DNA from: Lepidodermella squamata
Lineage: Eukaryota > Animalia > Gastrotricha
DNA: 64,000 bases
Reading direction: 5' to 3'
NCBI GenBank assembly: GCA_047495785.1
Contig: JBLDXI010000026.1
Location: 744,001-808,000, forward strand
Both the position numbers and the translations under genes were made by a program. Shown here in pieces: positions 51,241-62,192 of this stretch. The notes beneath the pieces are model-generated. The model made no database searches. It was given only the letters and a program-made list of their open reading frames with translations, and had not been told where the DNA came from. How positions within the stretch are numbered: the first letter of the stretch is position 1; each line of letters opens with the position of its first letter.

Positions 51241-52182
51241 TTGAAATTTGAAAATTTTAATTTTAATTCTAATCGAAAAATTATGTATTTGTAATTTCTG
51301 AGTCAAATTTCCAACCTTGAAATTCCATTGAAGCCGCTGATTGGTTGGCAATGGCTTGTACCAAATCGGGATGCGTTCCAAAATCACGAATCGACGCATT
51401 AAATCGAGATTTGAGCACCAAATCTGTATTATGAAGCGTATAAACAGCTGCCATAGTCGCATCGTGGCATAAATGGCGCTGAGGATAGTCGGCGACCCGC
51501 GTGTTATTCAAAATACCTAAAACACGGCTCTCAAACCACGGCAAATCGTAACCGAGCCACGATTTGCCGAAATTTCTCGTCGCACCTAGCCAACTGCCGA
51601 TGTAAAACGTGATTTTCAACTGCTCAATCACGATTTCTCGACTGCAACCAGGCGGTAGAGATAACGTAGAGCTATCTGCCGAAAAATATGTGTAAAAATT
51701 AGCCAAGAACGCGTAGTTGGGCGCTCGCATTTCCGCCTGAAAACTCAGGCAGAGAAATTTGACGAGAAGTGAAACTTGGCCGTGAGCCAAAACAACGCAT
51801 CTCGCGCCGCTCTCCTTTATAGCCGTCATCGTTGCTTCAGTCACATCGTCCTCGCTGGTGTAGTACAACACATCGATCTGATTTTCGATCATCAATCGCT
51901 GCGTAGTTTGGGCTAGCATGTAGTCGTTTGCGTTGGGTGAAAATGTGAAAATTCCGGCCTGGCGCCATTTTCCGATATTTTGCATGAAGAGAACGGTGGC
52001 AACGGCGAGATTTTCGTAGGGCATTTGAACTCGGTATAAGGTTGAATAAAGATAGCGGCGGCCTATCAAAAACGGCCCGGTACAGCCCTCGGCGAATTGA
52101 ACAAATTTATTCATTCGAACAGTGAAAGCAACACCTGCAAATAATTAAGGTAGAAAAATTACAAATGGGTCACTAAAAATGA

Positions 52183-52564
52183 GGTTCCAGCATTAAATTA
52201 TTCAGATACTTCGCGATTTTGGCGTTTTCGTTTTTTTATCGATAATGATGCCCTCCCTGATCCTAGGATTCTAGCTCCATGGTGCCCTAAGCTACGTAGA
52301 AAATTATCGATGTCGGGTTATAGGATGGCTGATATCGGGAAAATCACTGATTTGTAAAATCGATACTTGGAATCGATATCGGCTCTATTGGGCGAAGTAT
52401 ACTTCTTAAACTGACCGCTCATATCGCGAAAGACGCGTAATATGAAGGTCTATCGATTAGGCATGATAAAAAAAAATGCGAGATCCTTGTGAAGACTAGA
52501 AATTCAAAAAAAACATATTTTAGGAGAAATCTAGCGCTGGAGTCTCACATTTAGTGCTGGAACC
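52183..52564. mobile_element. MITE-like element (GGTTCCAGCA(T/C)TAAAT TIRs) in intron 1 of the class C GPCR; related end at ~22190-22250
   Basis: Inverted termini. The same terminal sequence GGTTCCAGCACTAAAT(T/G)TGAGACTCCAGC recurs at 22221. Confidence 0.6.
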
Positions 52565-53966
52565 CTTAATTAAGGGTACGCACACCCATTAAAAATTGAA
52601 CAAAATCAGCTCACTTTGACAAGCGATCGATGTGCCGACTACAACCGGGGCTATGTAGTTTCGATTTCTAGGTCCGAAATTTTCAAAATCTCGTAGAAAT
52701 TCAACGAAGCTTTGAGGCGCTTTGTGCGCACTTCTGCCTTCGTCTTTCACCTTCAATTCGATGTGATAATCCGGCAGGAATTCGGCCTTTGAATTGGCTG
52801 CGTCGATGACGACTTGAGACGCAGCTTTACAAGCTCTAGCATCCGACGGTTCTTGGCCTGTTAACGGCATTAAACTCAACATTTCCAGGGTGAAAGGCTT
52901 TGCCGATGCTCCAATCGCCAGAAAAATTAACAAAATCGAACATCGGAACATTTTGTTTCAAATGAAAAATTGTTAGGTCTGACGTTGTCTTCGGAAATTG
53001 ATAGCGCCTTTTAACTTGATTAAAACGACTCGAATGAAAGTAAAACTAAGTAAAGCTATGTTCAAGAAGAACCTAGTATGTAATGGAAAATCTCAAAACA
53101 ATTCAATTTGAGCTGATTAGATTTTAGGTGCGGCCACGAAAATCTCATCTCGGGCTAAAAACCACTTTCCATCGATATAATTTTAGTGCCGATCAGACGA
53201 TATTGATTTTGATCGATAATCAATAGTCGATAATTGCGATTTTTGCCGATTTCAGGTGGAATACGTTAGTTTTATGAGAGAAACTCTAAAATCACAATGA
53301 ATTTTGAACAATCATCACCCGAATCGAAGAAATCAGTCACCGATAATCGATAATCGATAATCGATAACTGTCTATGTATTCAGTGCTATGATCTACGACT
53401 AGTCATTTTAGAGGTATTTTAGTGCGCTGATTCGATTGTACGAGTCAAAATTATATTTTCTGGCATCGATGTGAAATCGACCAGACGGCGACTTTTTTCA
53501 GACCGATTTCAGAAGGTAAAAAATGCCCACATCAATATTCATTCGTTTAAATTTTATAAGCTTAATAAGATGGGATCCCAAAGCGAAATCCTGTTTTTAA
53601 CCTTTCTCTGAAAATCAATTATTGCTCCTATCAGCCAGTTTTTTATTGTCTCCGCGCCATGAATGCCCGCCGCCAGTTTGACCCCGTTTATTGTCACCTT
53701 AATTAAACGGCAATGCAATTCATTTATTATGCCACCATAATATCGAGGGAATACAAAACGGGTCAAAAACATGTTTTTCTTTTCACAGTGGACGTAAGAG
53801 ACAATGAAACGGAATGATCAAAAACATTATTATTCATATGCTTTCACCAATGTCAAACATGTCGTATAACCCACCTTCCGTATATGCATCAATTTTCAAC
53901 CTTTAAAAAATATTTTCCATTTTTCTGCACTCAAATTTGAATTAATTGATCGCGGGAAAAAAATTG

Positions 53967-54025
53967 GTGCACTTATGAGTGTCATCCGCTGTTAGCCTAT
54001 AAAAACGCCCAGGCTTCGCTGACCA
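53967..54025 (+). promoter_or_regulatory. Conserved core promoter of family-A peptide genes (GTGCACT...AGTGTCAT...TATAAA(AA)CGCC)
   Basis: Same block at 58930-58985 and 61511-61545, each about 80-90 nt upstream of the ATG. Confidence 0.7.
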
Positions 54026-54084
54026 CCGGCAAAAAAAATTCTGAAATATTTTCTGTTCAGTTTGTCGAAAAATCAAAGTTATAT

Positions 54085-54598
54085 ATGCTGGCATTTCTTT
54101 TGATCCTCGCTCTTGCCGAGCAGAGCGCCGGAATTTCAAGCAGTACATTTCTTCGGAATAAGTATCAAAATTCAAACTCAAATTACGACATCATGAAATG
54201 GGGTGAAAATAGTCTCAACGATTTATTCCCCGAAGGCTATGTCTTAGAGTAAGTCATTTAATACTCGAATTATTCGGAAATTAATTTGAATTTGAATTTC
54301 AAGGAAAAGAAAATATCGAGCGGTTCCGCATCGCTGGTCGAGCGATCAAGCTGTGGATCTGTCGAGGCAAGTCAAAACCGGCGATGCTAGCCAATTCGTG
54401 CATTCGATATCATCTTCAACCAGCAACAGCGGCAAGCCTCGGAAAATCGCTTTGCCTGTAATGCTGAACTTACTTCGACCTAAGAACTCGGTTGAAAATG
54501 TGGCAACGACAGGGCTGAATACGCCGTGTAAAAGTAAAGCAGCTCTTCATCGAGCATTTGAACTGCTTAGAATTAAACAGCCGCAAAAAATCGAATAA
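54085..54598 (+). CDS. Family-A secreted prepropeptide, copy 1
   Basis: MLAFLLILALAEQSAG...YVLE|KR-KYRAVPHRWSSDQAVDLSRQVKTGDASQF...LNLLRPKNS...AFELLRIKQPQKIE*. Confidence 0.85.
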
Positions 54599-54836
54599 AT
54601 TTGCATATGAAGCTGAAAGTAAAGCTTTGTTAATTATTTGAAATGTTCAGATTTTGACGTCCCTTTCAAAATCAATCATGAACAGCTATAAAGCCAATCG
54701 GAAGATTGGGAGAATCGATTTTACATTTGAGCGTTAACAAGTGAAGAGTGGGATTTGGCGAAGTTTCTGTATTTTCTAGCGAAACGTATGTTGACTTGAA
54801 GAAGGACGACTCTCAGATTTTTAGATTTTCCAACTC

Positions 54837-54943
54837 AGTTTTTCTTGACGAATTTAAATTTACAAATTTCACACCTATCAAATTTCAAACCTCAAATTTC
54901 AGAGGTGTGAAATTTGGAAATATAAATTCGTCAGGAACAACTG
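54837..54943. repeat. Imperfect inverted repeat (MITE remnant or hairpin)
   Basis: TGACGAATTTAAATTTACAAATTTCACACCT ... AGGTGTGAAATTTGGAAATATAAATTCGTCA. Confidence 0.7.
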
Positions 54944-55176
54944 GATGCTTCCCTAGCATGTGAGAGGTCATTGGTTATCATAATCTAACGTTAGTTTTCC
55001 AGGCAAATCAACTGGTTTTATAATCGGATGGTTAAACTTTATTAAAAGCGCCAAATTAATGAAAATAGGTAATAGACACGGGAATGTATTGATTCCTCGA
55101 TCAGCACGCAAAGCGTGTTGCTGTCTCTACATTGTATAGCCGGTTTCGGAAAAGAGACCCTTCGACGCGTTAATCG

Positions 55177-56508
55177 CTAGCGAAGCAAGCCTGGGCTGAA
55201 GTTGAGCGTCTTCTCGAAAAATGCAAATCCTTTCGACGAGTCTTGCGTTCCGGCGAGCTGTTCCAGAGCACTTTTCTGCAAATTATACGTCGCTCTAACG
55301 CAGTCGTTGAATTTGTGAAGCCGAACGGCTACCAAGCTCTTGTTACCTCCCAGAGTGGTCATCATTGATAACTTGAGAGTCGCAAGTAACTTCCGCCGTA
55401 AGCTTCTCAAACGATCGTTTTTCCCTGTGGTATCTGCCAGACAAAATGCCAATGGAAGAAGATTCAATAGAGTAAAGGCTTACCGTGAAAAATGACGACG
55501 CTGAGCAGTAGTGCAGCTTCGATAAAAGACGGTGACAGTACATCGATTGCATCCTTTAAACGCTTTACGTTTTCTTTCACAGCCTGGTTATTTTTTGTAA
55601 GTAAACGTTCATCGTAGGTAAGAAATGACTCACAGATAGTTGAGGGTAAACTCGGTCCATAAGTGGGATCAAAGAGTCCGACATACCGAACCAAGACGGC
55701 CCACTTCCGCCGGGCAGATTGTGGAAAACTGCAGACATGTGAATTGTGGATGATGCTTGTATTTGAATCAAATCCTCCTCAGACAGCCCAACATCGGAAC
55801 CTGAAATACAACCATAACTTTAATCAGTTGAATTTAGGGCGAAATAGAAACTCACGGAGGAAGTAAGAGTTGTAGGCCTTTAAATGGTCCACAGCGTAAA
55901 CAACCTGGCTTAGGATCCGCTCGAAAAATTCCGACGGTTGCTTGATGGAGGAATCTTTCAACGGAACCTGGGCGGGGATACTTTTGAGAACTCGAAGGAC
56001 GGATGGCTACTATACTTACGAATTCAAGACCGTGTAGAAGCGTGTATGCTTGGAGGGATTTGACAAGAAGCTTACTCAATGGGCTGGTAGCAATCGTTCC
56101 CGGGGCAATGGGAGGTGATACGACTGGACCAGTAGTTTCTGATTTGGCCTCTTCCTCCTTAAATGGCTCTGGACTTTCTTCGCAATGGTCCGGAAAAAAT
56201 TTACCTATAGGAATGGAATACATCGGTTATTCACCCTGTGTGGTAAAAAGAGTCAAACTTTGCATTCCCGCGGCTACACAGAGGTCGAATCGGCATTTAC
56301 CGCACATTTTACGTGATACGTAGACTCGTTGCTTAGTGGGTAAGCCGAAGACACCTAGACGGCTGGACGGGTGTCTGCAGTGAAGTTGCTGATAACGATG
56401 GCAGTTCCTCCTGAAAAACTTTTGGCAAGCTTCGCAGCATGTTGGTTGGTAATTATTACGCCGCGGAACACGTGAATAGCACACCTTGCAAACTGTTTCT
56501 GAGGACAT
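55177..56508 (-). CDS. Divergent nuclear hormone receptor (NR-e), 6 exons
   Basis: MSSETVCKVCYSRVPRRNNYQPTCCEACQKFFRR...CGKCRFDLCVAAGMQ|...AYTLLHGLEF|...NLPGG...|LSPSFIEAALLL|...FSPGLLR*. Confidence 0.85.
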
Positions 56509-58266
56509 TCTTTTTCGACTGAGAGAGAAGAAATAATGCTACCAAAAATGATCCAGTGCTGTTTTTTATATCCAAATAATTTTGGACGAATTTTGTTAAA
56601 CTTCCTCTTTGTGCATGCAGTCGCCGAAGTGTAAAATTTCATAACACTTTGAAATAAGTACACCTGTACGGTGTACGGGATTATGTCTATAAATATATAC
56701 TAGTTGTACCGCTGTTTTTAGCACCGCGACAGCTAGCCAGACGTCCCATTAACGTAGATCCCCGACAGCTCAGCAACTAGAACGCGCATATTATCGATCC
56801 ATTGCCACTGATAAATGCTCAATTATACAGGCTTACTTTACTGAATTGTCAGCCCAAATCGACCATCATTAATACCAGCACTTCGACCTCGTGTCTACTA
56901 CGATGTAGACAGTGCAAATGATCGTTCTAGGCTTTTCACGCTGATAATCTGATCTACGCATGTCGCCAGCCAATCAAAGGTAATATTTCATCTCTCGTAC
57001 GTTTCGCAATGTCTAGGATAAATAAAAAGTCCGCGGTTTATAGCATGAGTTCAAAAAAGTGTCCAGCTAAATTAAAAGCGCGCAACCACGACACGCAAAG
57101 TACAGGCGAAGGTGCAGAGCGATATTCGATACGTGTGTTCGTAAACATCGCCAAATACATAAATGGATGCATCGTCGTTATGTTGGGGTTCATCTCCAGA
57201 ATTTTCATGTAAAATTGAATTTTACGAATATCATCACGTTCGTGGCGCGGAAGAACCGCAGCACTTCAAGCAAAAAAATATCCTATCATTAGCACTATGT
57301 TTTTTGCTTGAAGTGCTGTTTCTTCCGCGCCACGAACGATTCACAATGTTGGTATCACTCTCAATTGGATGAGTCAATATTCGCCAAAGCATTACAAGAC
57401 TTGATAAAGATAGATAAAGTTGTTATCGAAAATAAAGGCGTGGCTGGCCAATCTGATCAATGTCTTATTTTATCCGAAACCCAAACATGTTACTGAAAAC
57501 AAGGGTTACTTGCATGGAAAATGGACAATGGCAGCTATAGATACCTAACGGAACCTAGCAGCGGGTTTTCATCAGCACTAACTTCCAATACTCCGAGAAG
57601 TCTCATCATTTGTTATGGACCAATGCTAGTTGATAGAAACAAAAATTACATTTGCATCACCTTCCGTTGGCGTGCTGCCAACTTTTGCTGCTAATTTCAG
57701 TTTTTACCATGTAAAAAGGGTGCATGGATTTGGGACCCCATTTGTTATATCTGACAGCTGTGAAGATTTGTTATATAACGTAACAAATGGCGCTGATTGC
57801 GCTGGTGCCTTTTATTTTTCCATCAGCATCACCTGGACAGGTGTGGACCGAAAAAAACAGGTAAAGAGGCTTATACCTGAGCAGGTAGGATGCGTCCCAT
57901 GACCAGGTTCAATGCGGTCTATAGATCGCTAACGGCCAATGATCGCTACGTCAAGAATTGTTACCCGAACACTCGGCCGAAGAAGCTTTGAGCCTTGATC
58001 TGAGCGGCAGGCCCTGGGGACTTCATAGGACGGACAGGTTTGAAATCACTTCGAAACCTGAATCTTTTCTGAACTGTTGCGAAGCGACACTGGTCGAGTT
58101 GCCAACGTTGGAACAGCTCAATTGCCAGCATATGGATCGCTCACAATTCTCTGTCGATTGAATACGGGATTCTCGCCAGAAAAAATCAACAGTAAAAAGT
58201 TTACGCCCTTGGATTGCGCAAATCGATTGAACGCGCACGCGAATGACATTGCTTAACTCTCCTTCA

Positions 58267-58512
58267 TCCTTAGTAATGGTCTCCTTACTAAGCCAGCTAT
58301 CCTTAGTAAGGGCTTCTTTAGTAAGCTACCCTTAGTAAGGGTCACCTTGATGAAGTAAAGGCTATCCTTAGTAAGGGTTTCCTTAGTAAACGGTCCTTGG
58401 TAAGCATGCGGCATAGTAAGCTAGTAAGCATACTTAGTAAGTATGGGCAATCCTTACTAAGCTTAGCAAGGATGAACGTCCCGATTGCTTACTAAGGCAC
58501 CCTTAGTAAGGA
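58267..58512. repeat. Array of CTTAGTAAG/CTTACTAAG motifs in both orientations
   Basis: More than 10 copies separated by short variable linkers. Confidence 0.8.
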
Positions 58513-59039
58513 AGTTCAACATGACGGAACTACGAAGTTAATCATCTCCACCATAGCAACAGTTTGATTTTGTATCAATTATGATGCTAATTATCGCGCT
58601 TATTATCTGTTTACAAAGGCATGAGACTATGACCCCGTTCAGGTGACGGGTTACCTTAATTAAATTACAATGCAAATCATTTAATATGCCACCATAATAT
58701 CGAGGGAATACCTATAAAACGGGTCAAAAAGCATGTTTCTTTTTACAGTGGCAAGGCATTTAAACAGGAAAAAAACATTATTATTCCTACGCTTTTACCA
58801 AATGTCAAACATAATTTCGTCCAATAACCCACCTCCCCTCAACTGGTCAATTAATTAAATATGCATTAATTTAAAATAGCATCGGTTTTAATTACTTTTT
58901 TTTGCACTCAATTTTGCAGCAAAGTATTTGTGCACTTATGAGTGTCATCCGCTGTTAGCCGATATAAACGCCCGGCCTCGCTGACCGCCGTCAACGATCC
59001 TGAAATATGTTCAGCTTGGTATTTCGAGAAATCAAAATT

Positions 59040-59539
59040 ATGCTAGCGTTCATTTTAATCTTCGCTTTTGCCGAGCAAAGCGCCGGTCTTTCAAAGACTG
59101 GCGATCTTCCTGGCAGTTACATCATTAAATCGGGTGAAAGTATTTTCATAGAATTCCAACCCAGCGTTGATCAGTCGCCCGAAAGCTATGTCTTAGAGTA
59201 AGTGATTTTCCTCGAAATTTTTCAGAAATTAATCGCATTTGATTTTTAAGGAAAAGAAAATATCGAGCGGTTCCGCATCGCTGGTCTAGCGATCAAGCCG
59301 TGGATATGTCGAGGCAAGCCAAGTCCGGCGATGCGAACCAATTCGTGCATTCGATATCATCTTCAACCAGCAATGGTGGCAATCCTCGAAGAATAGGAGT
59401 ACCTGTTATGCTGAACTTACTTCGACCTAAGAACTCGGTTGAAAACGTAGCAACGACAGGGCGTAATACGCCGTGTAAAAATAAAGCGGTTCTTCGAGCG
59501 TTTGAACTGCTTAGAATTAGGCAACCACGTAGAATATAA
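59040..59539 (+). CDS. Family-A secreted prepropeptide, copy 2
   Basis: MLAFILIFAFAEQSAG...YVLE|KR-KYRAVPHRWSSDQAVDMSRQAKSGDANQF...RQPRRI*. Confidence 0.85.
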
Positions 59540-59744
59540 TAAACCGACGAAATTGCAAATAACTGCTGAGCGTTTTCTTTTGAAATTTGCATATTTTTCT
59601 TTCAACTCAATTTTCTCAGGAACCCTGATGCCTTGTGATGAAAATCTATCGAAACTGGCTCGAAGTATATAAGAAAATTCCGCATTGGTGTAAAATTTCA
59701 CTGCCCTCCACGCAATTTTTATTTCAATTTTTTTGTGATTCATA

Positions 59745-59880
59745 AATTTAATGAGGTCATCAAGCGTCGCAAAATATCCGGCCAAAAGTGGCTGCGGTTT
59801 TAAAAATAGCAAATAGCGTGCTATCCCAACCGGATGTGATTCAGTGAAAGTTTTCAAGTGCCACCTGACCGGCCGGGCGT
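59745..59880 (+). pseudogene. Decayed paralog of exon 2 of the 48657 peptide gene
   Basis: GAGGTCATCAAGCGTCGCAAAATATCCGG...GCGTGCTATCCC matches 48811-48885 (FNEVIKRRKIS versus FDTVIKRRGIS) but carries a frameshift, a stop and no intact acceptor. Confidence 0.7.
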
Positions 59881-60306
59881 AACAGTTTTGGCAAGGGGAA
59901 AAACGTAATGCGAACAAATAGCGCAGACAATTTACATAGGCGAGGGAATTTATATTAAAACAACAACTAATGAGACGATATTTATTCCCATTATTGATAT
60001 ACGCTTCCTCCGAAATGTCAAATATGATTTTTTGCAAGCCCACGTTCCGTCAACTGGTCAATTAAATAATTGTGCACTAATTATCTCTCTGAAAAATAGC
60101 GACGATTTTTCAGCACTCAATATATTATATCGCGGGCTTTACTGACCTGAAATGCGTGAAATTGCGTCACGTCGAATACACCAGGGTACTAAAATGCAAA
60201 CTATCATCCCCGTGGGAAATTATTTTCAAAAATTAATCGTTTTAATTAGTATCTCAATTATGACCTCTAAATATTGTATCGGTCATTGTAAAAAAAATCG
60301 TCGAAT

Positions 60307-60938
60307 ATGAGCGTAATTACTATTTTTTTGTTAATCGCTTTAGCCGGGCAAAGTGCCGCTTTTTTGCAGGCCGGCAATTTTAACAGTATATTCGGCCCGA
60401 ATAAATATTTATTCTCGAATTATGGCATCGTTAAACCGGGTGAAAATAGCTTCCAATCAATGATGGGTGAGGAATCTAACGAGCATTTCCACAGCAATGA
60501 ATTCGCTCAGTTCTAGTAAGATAATAACCAAAAAATAATGTTCGAAAAATTCCGAAATCTTGTTATTTTATAGCGAACCGGTCCCGGCCGGAGACCGTTT
60601 TATGAGGTAAAATTATTTCAATATTGATCACCGATTCGAAAAAATAGAATTTAAGGAAGCGAAAATATGTCCCGCATCGTTGGATGAGCGATCAAGGCAT
60701 GGACCTGGCCAATTACAACAAGAAAAGCAATTCGAACCGATTTTTGGGATCGCATGCCTCGCAGCGCCTGGCTTCGCCCAGCGGCGGCTTGAAGCCTCGA
60801 ATTAATCAGAAGGAGAAATCTGATTTGAACTCGCTTCGTCCTCGAAACTCGGCTAGAACCATTTGGGTAGCTCCGAATAGTCGCTATCCATCACGCACTA
60901 ATAAGGGACAATATTTTCCAAGAATTCGTGTCAAATAA
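60307..60938 (+). CDS. Family-A secreted prepropeptide, divergent copy 3 (3 exons)
   Basis: MSVITIFLLIALAGQSAA...NYGIVKPGEN...QFY|EPVPAGDRFMR|KR-KYVPHRWMSDQGMDL...LRPRNS...IRVK*. Confidence 0.82.
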
Positions 60939-60995
60939 AATAATTAATTTAATTTTAAATTTATTTTTAGAAATAATTTTAAAATAAATTAACCG

Positions 60996-61360
60996 ATGGA
61001 TTTGATCAAATATTTTTGTTTTGCTATCCTCGCCTCGGCAATGGTCTTCGACTCGTCGGCGCACATTCCAACTTTTGTGTGAGAAATTTTGAAAAATTCG
61101 GGAAATCTGAAAAATGATATAATCATTATAGAAAAAGGCGTTATATTACTCAAGCTGTAATGTATCCGTGGCGAGGCGGCGGTGATCAACCCGAGTCGTC
61201 GAAATTTCAGGCTAATTTAAGCCAGCTGGTGATGAAAAATAAAGGAGCTTCTTTGGTACAAGGCCGCCTACGCGTCGGTTCGCCTAGCACCTTCCAACAA
61301 TCTATCGTTTTAGCGAAAAAGCGGCCGATGAAAAAAAATATAATTAATCATCATAGTTGA
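60996..61360 (+). CDS. Family-B secreted prepropeptide, copy 1
   Basis: MDLIKYFCFAILASAMVFDSSA-HIPTFV|KR-RYITQAVMYPWRGGG...NHHS*. Confidence 0.8.
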
Positions 61361-61622
61361 CCTGTCTAAAATCTTATGTTTGATGATCTGTAAAAAAGTA
61401 AAAAAACGCACGGACCTATAAACAACTCTTTTTTTATCGATTAAAATCACATAGCGAGGAAAATTTCCAGGTCACATCATCATCATGATAATTTAATCGC
61501 AAAAAATACGGTGCACTATTAGTGTCATTCGCCTATAAAAACGCCATAGCTTCAAGCTGACAGCTGACCGGCGACAAACATCATTTCGTTTTTCAGTTTT
61601 TTCAATATAAATCAAAGTTAAA

Positions 61623-62129
61623 ATGCTGGCATTTATTTTAATTCTTGCTTTAGCCGAGCAAAGCGCCGGCTTTTTGAAGACAGCCGGTCTTGGCAATATA
61701 TTTAGGCCGAATAACTATGCATATTCAAATTACGGCATCGTGAAACCGGGCGAAAATAATTTCCATCATAGTTATAACGATTTCAGCGCTGATTATTCGG
61801 CCGAAAGTTTAGCCTTGGAGTAAGTGATTTTTCTCAACATTTTTGAAATGAATAGCATTTGAATTTTAAGGAAGAGGAAATACCGGGCGGTTCCACATCG
61901 CTGGTCGAGCGATCAAGCCGTGGATCTGTCGAGTCTAGCCAAAACCGGCGATGCTAGCCAATTCGTGCAATCGATCAGTGGAGGCAAGCCTCGGAAAATC
62001 GCTGTAAAGCTGAACTTACTTCGGCCGAACAACTCGGCTGAAAATGTAGCCAAGACAGGGCTCAAAAGTAAAGCAGCTCTTCTTCGGGCGTTTGAATTGC
62101 TTAAAATTAAACAGCTGCAAAAAATATAA
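61623..62129 (+). CDS. Family-A secreted prepropeptide, copy 4
   Basis: MLAFILILALAEQSAG...NYGIVKPGEN...LALE|KR-KYRAVPHRWSSDQAVDLSSLAKTGDASQF...KQLQKI*. Confidence 0.85.
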
Positions 62130-62192
62130 TAAAGTAACAGTTTTGCTAAAAATTAAAAATTCGATTTATAATTTTGTAGATATATTTAAAAA

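Larger units (their letters stand above)
49861..52951 (-). pseudogene. GABA-B-receptor-like class C GPCR (signal, Venus-flytrap domain, 7TM) with one in-frame TAA at 50854-50856
   Basis: Signal MFRCSILLIFLAIGASA; AANSKAEFLPDYHIEL; VWFTKSGHPP*DLT; 7TM motifs WLITDPF, YCAS...W, SAYEVR typical of the GABA-B branch. Exons about 52951-52615, 52134-51316, 51065-49861. Confidence 0.8.

Noticed and set aside
58267-58512. CRISPR-like repeat/spacer appearance (also the 36652 subrepeats)
   Set aside because: Repeats are only 9-15 bp, occur in both orientations, have short irregular linkers, no cas genes are present and the context is eukaryotic.
59417-60043. 208-aa minus-strand ORF
   Set aside because: Antisense to the A2 gene and the pseudogene, non-ATG start, no recognisable composition.
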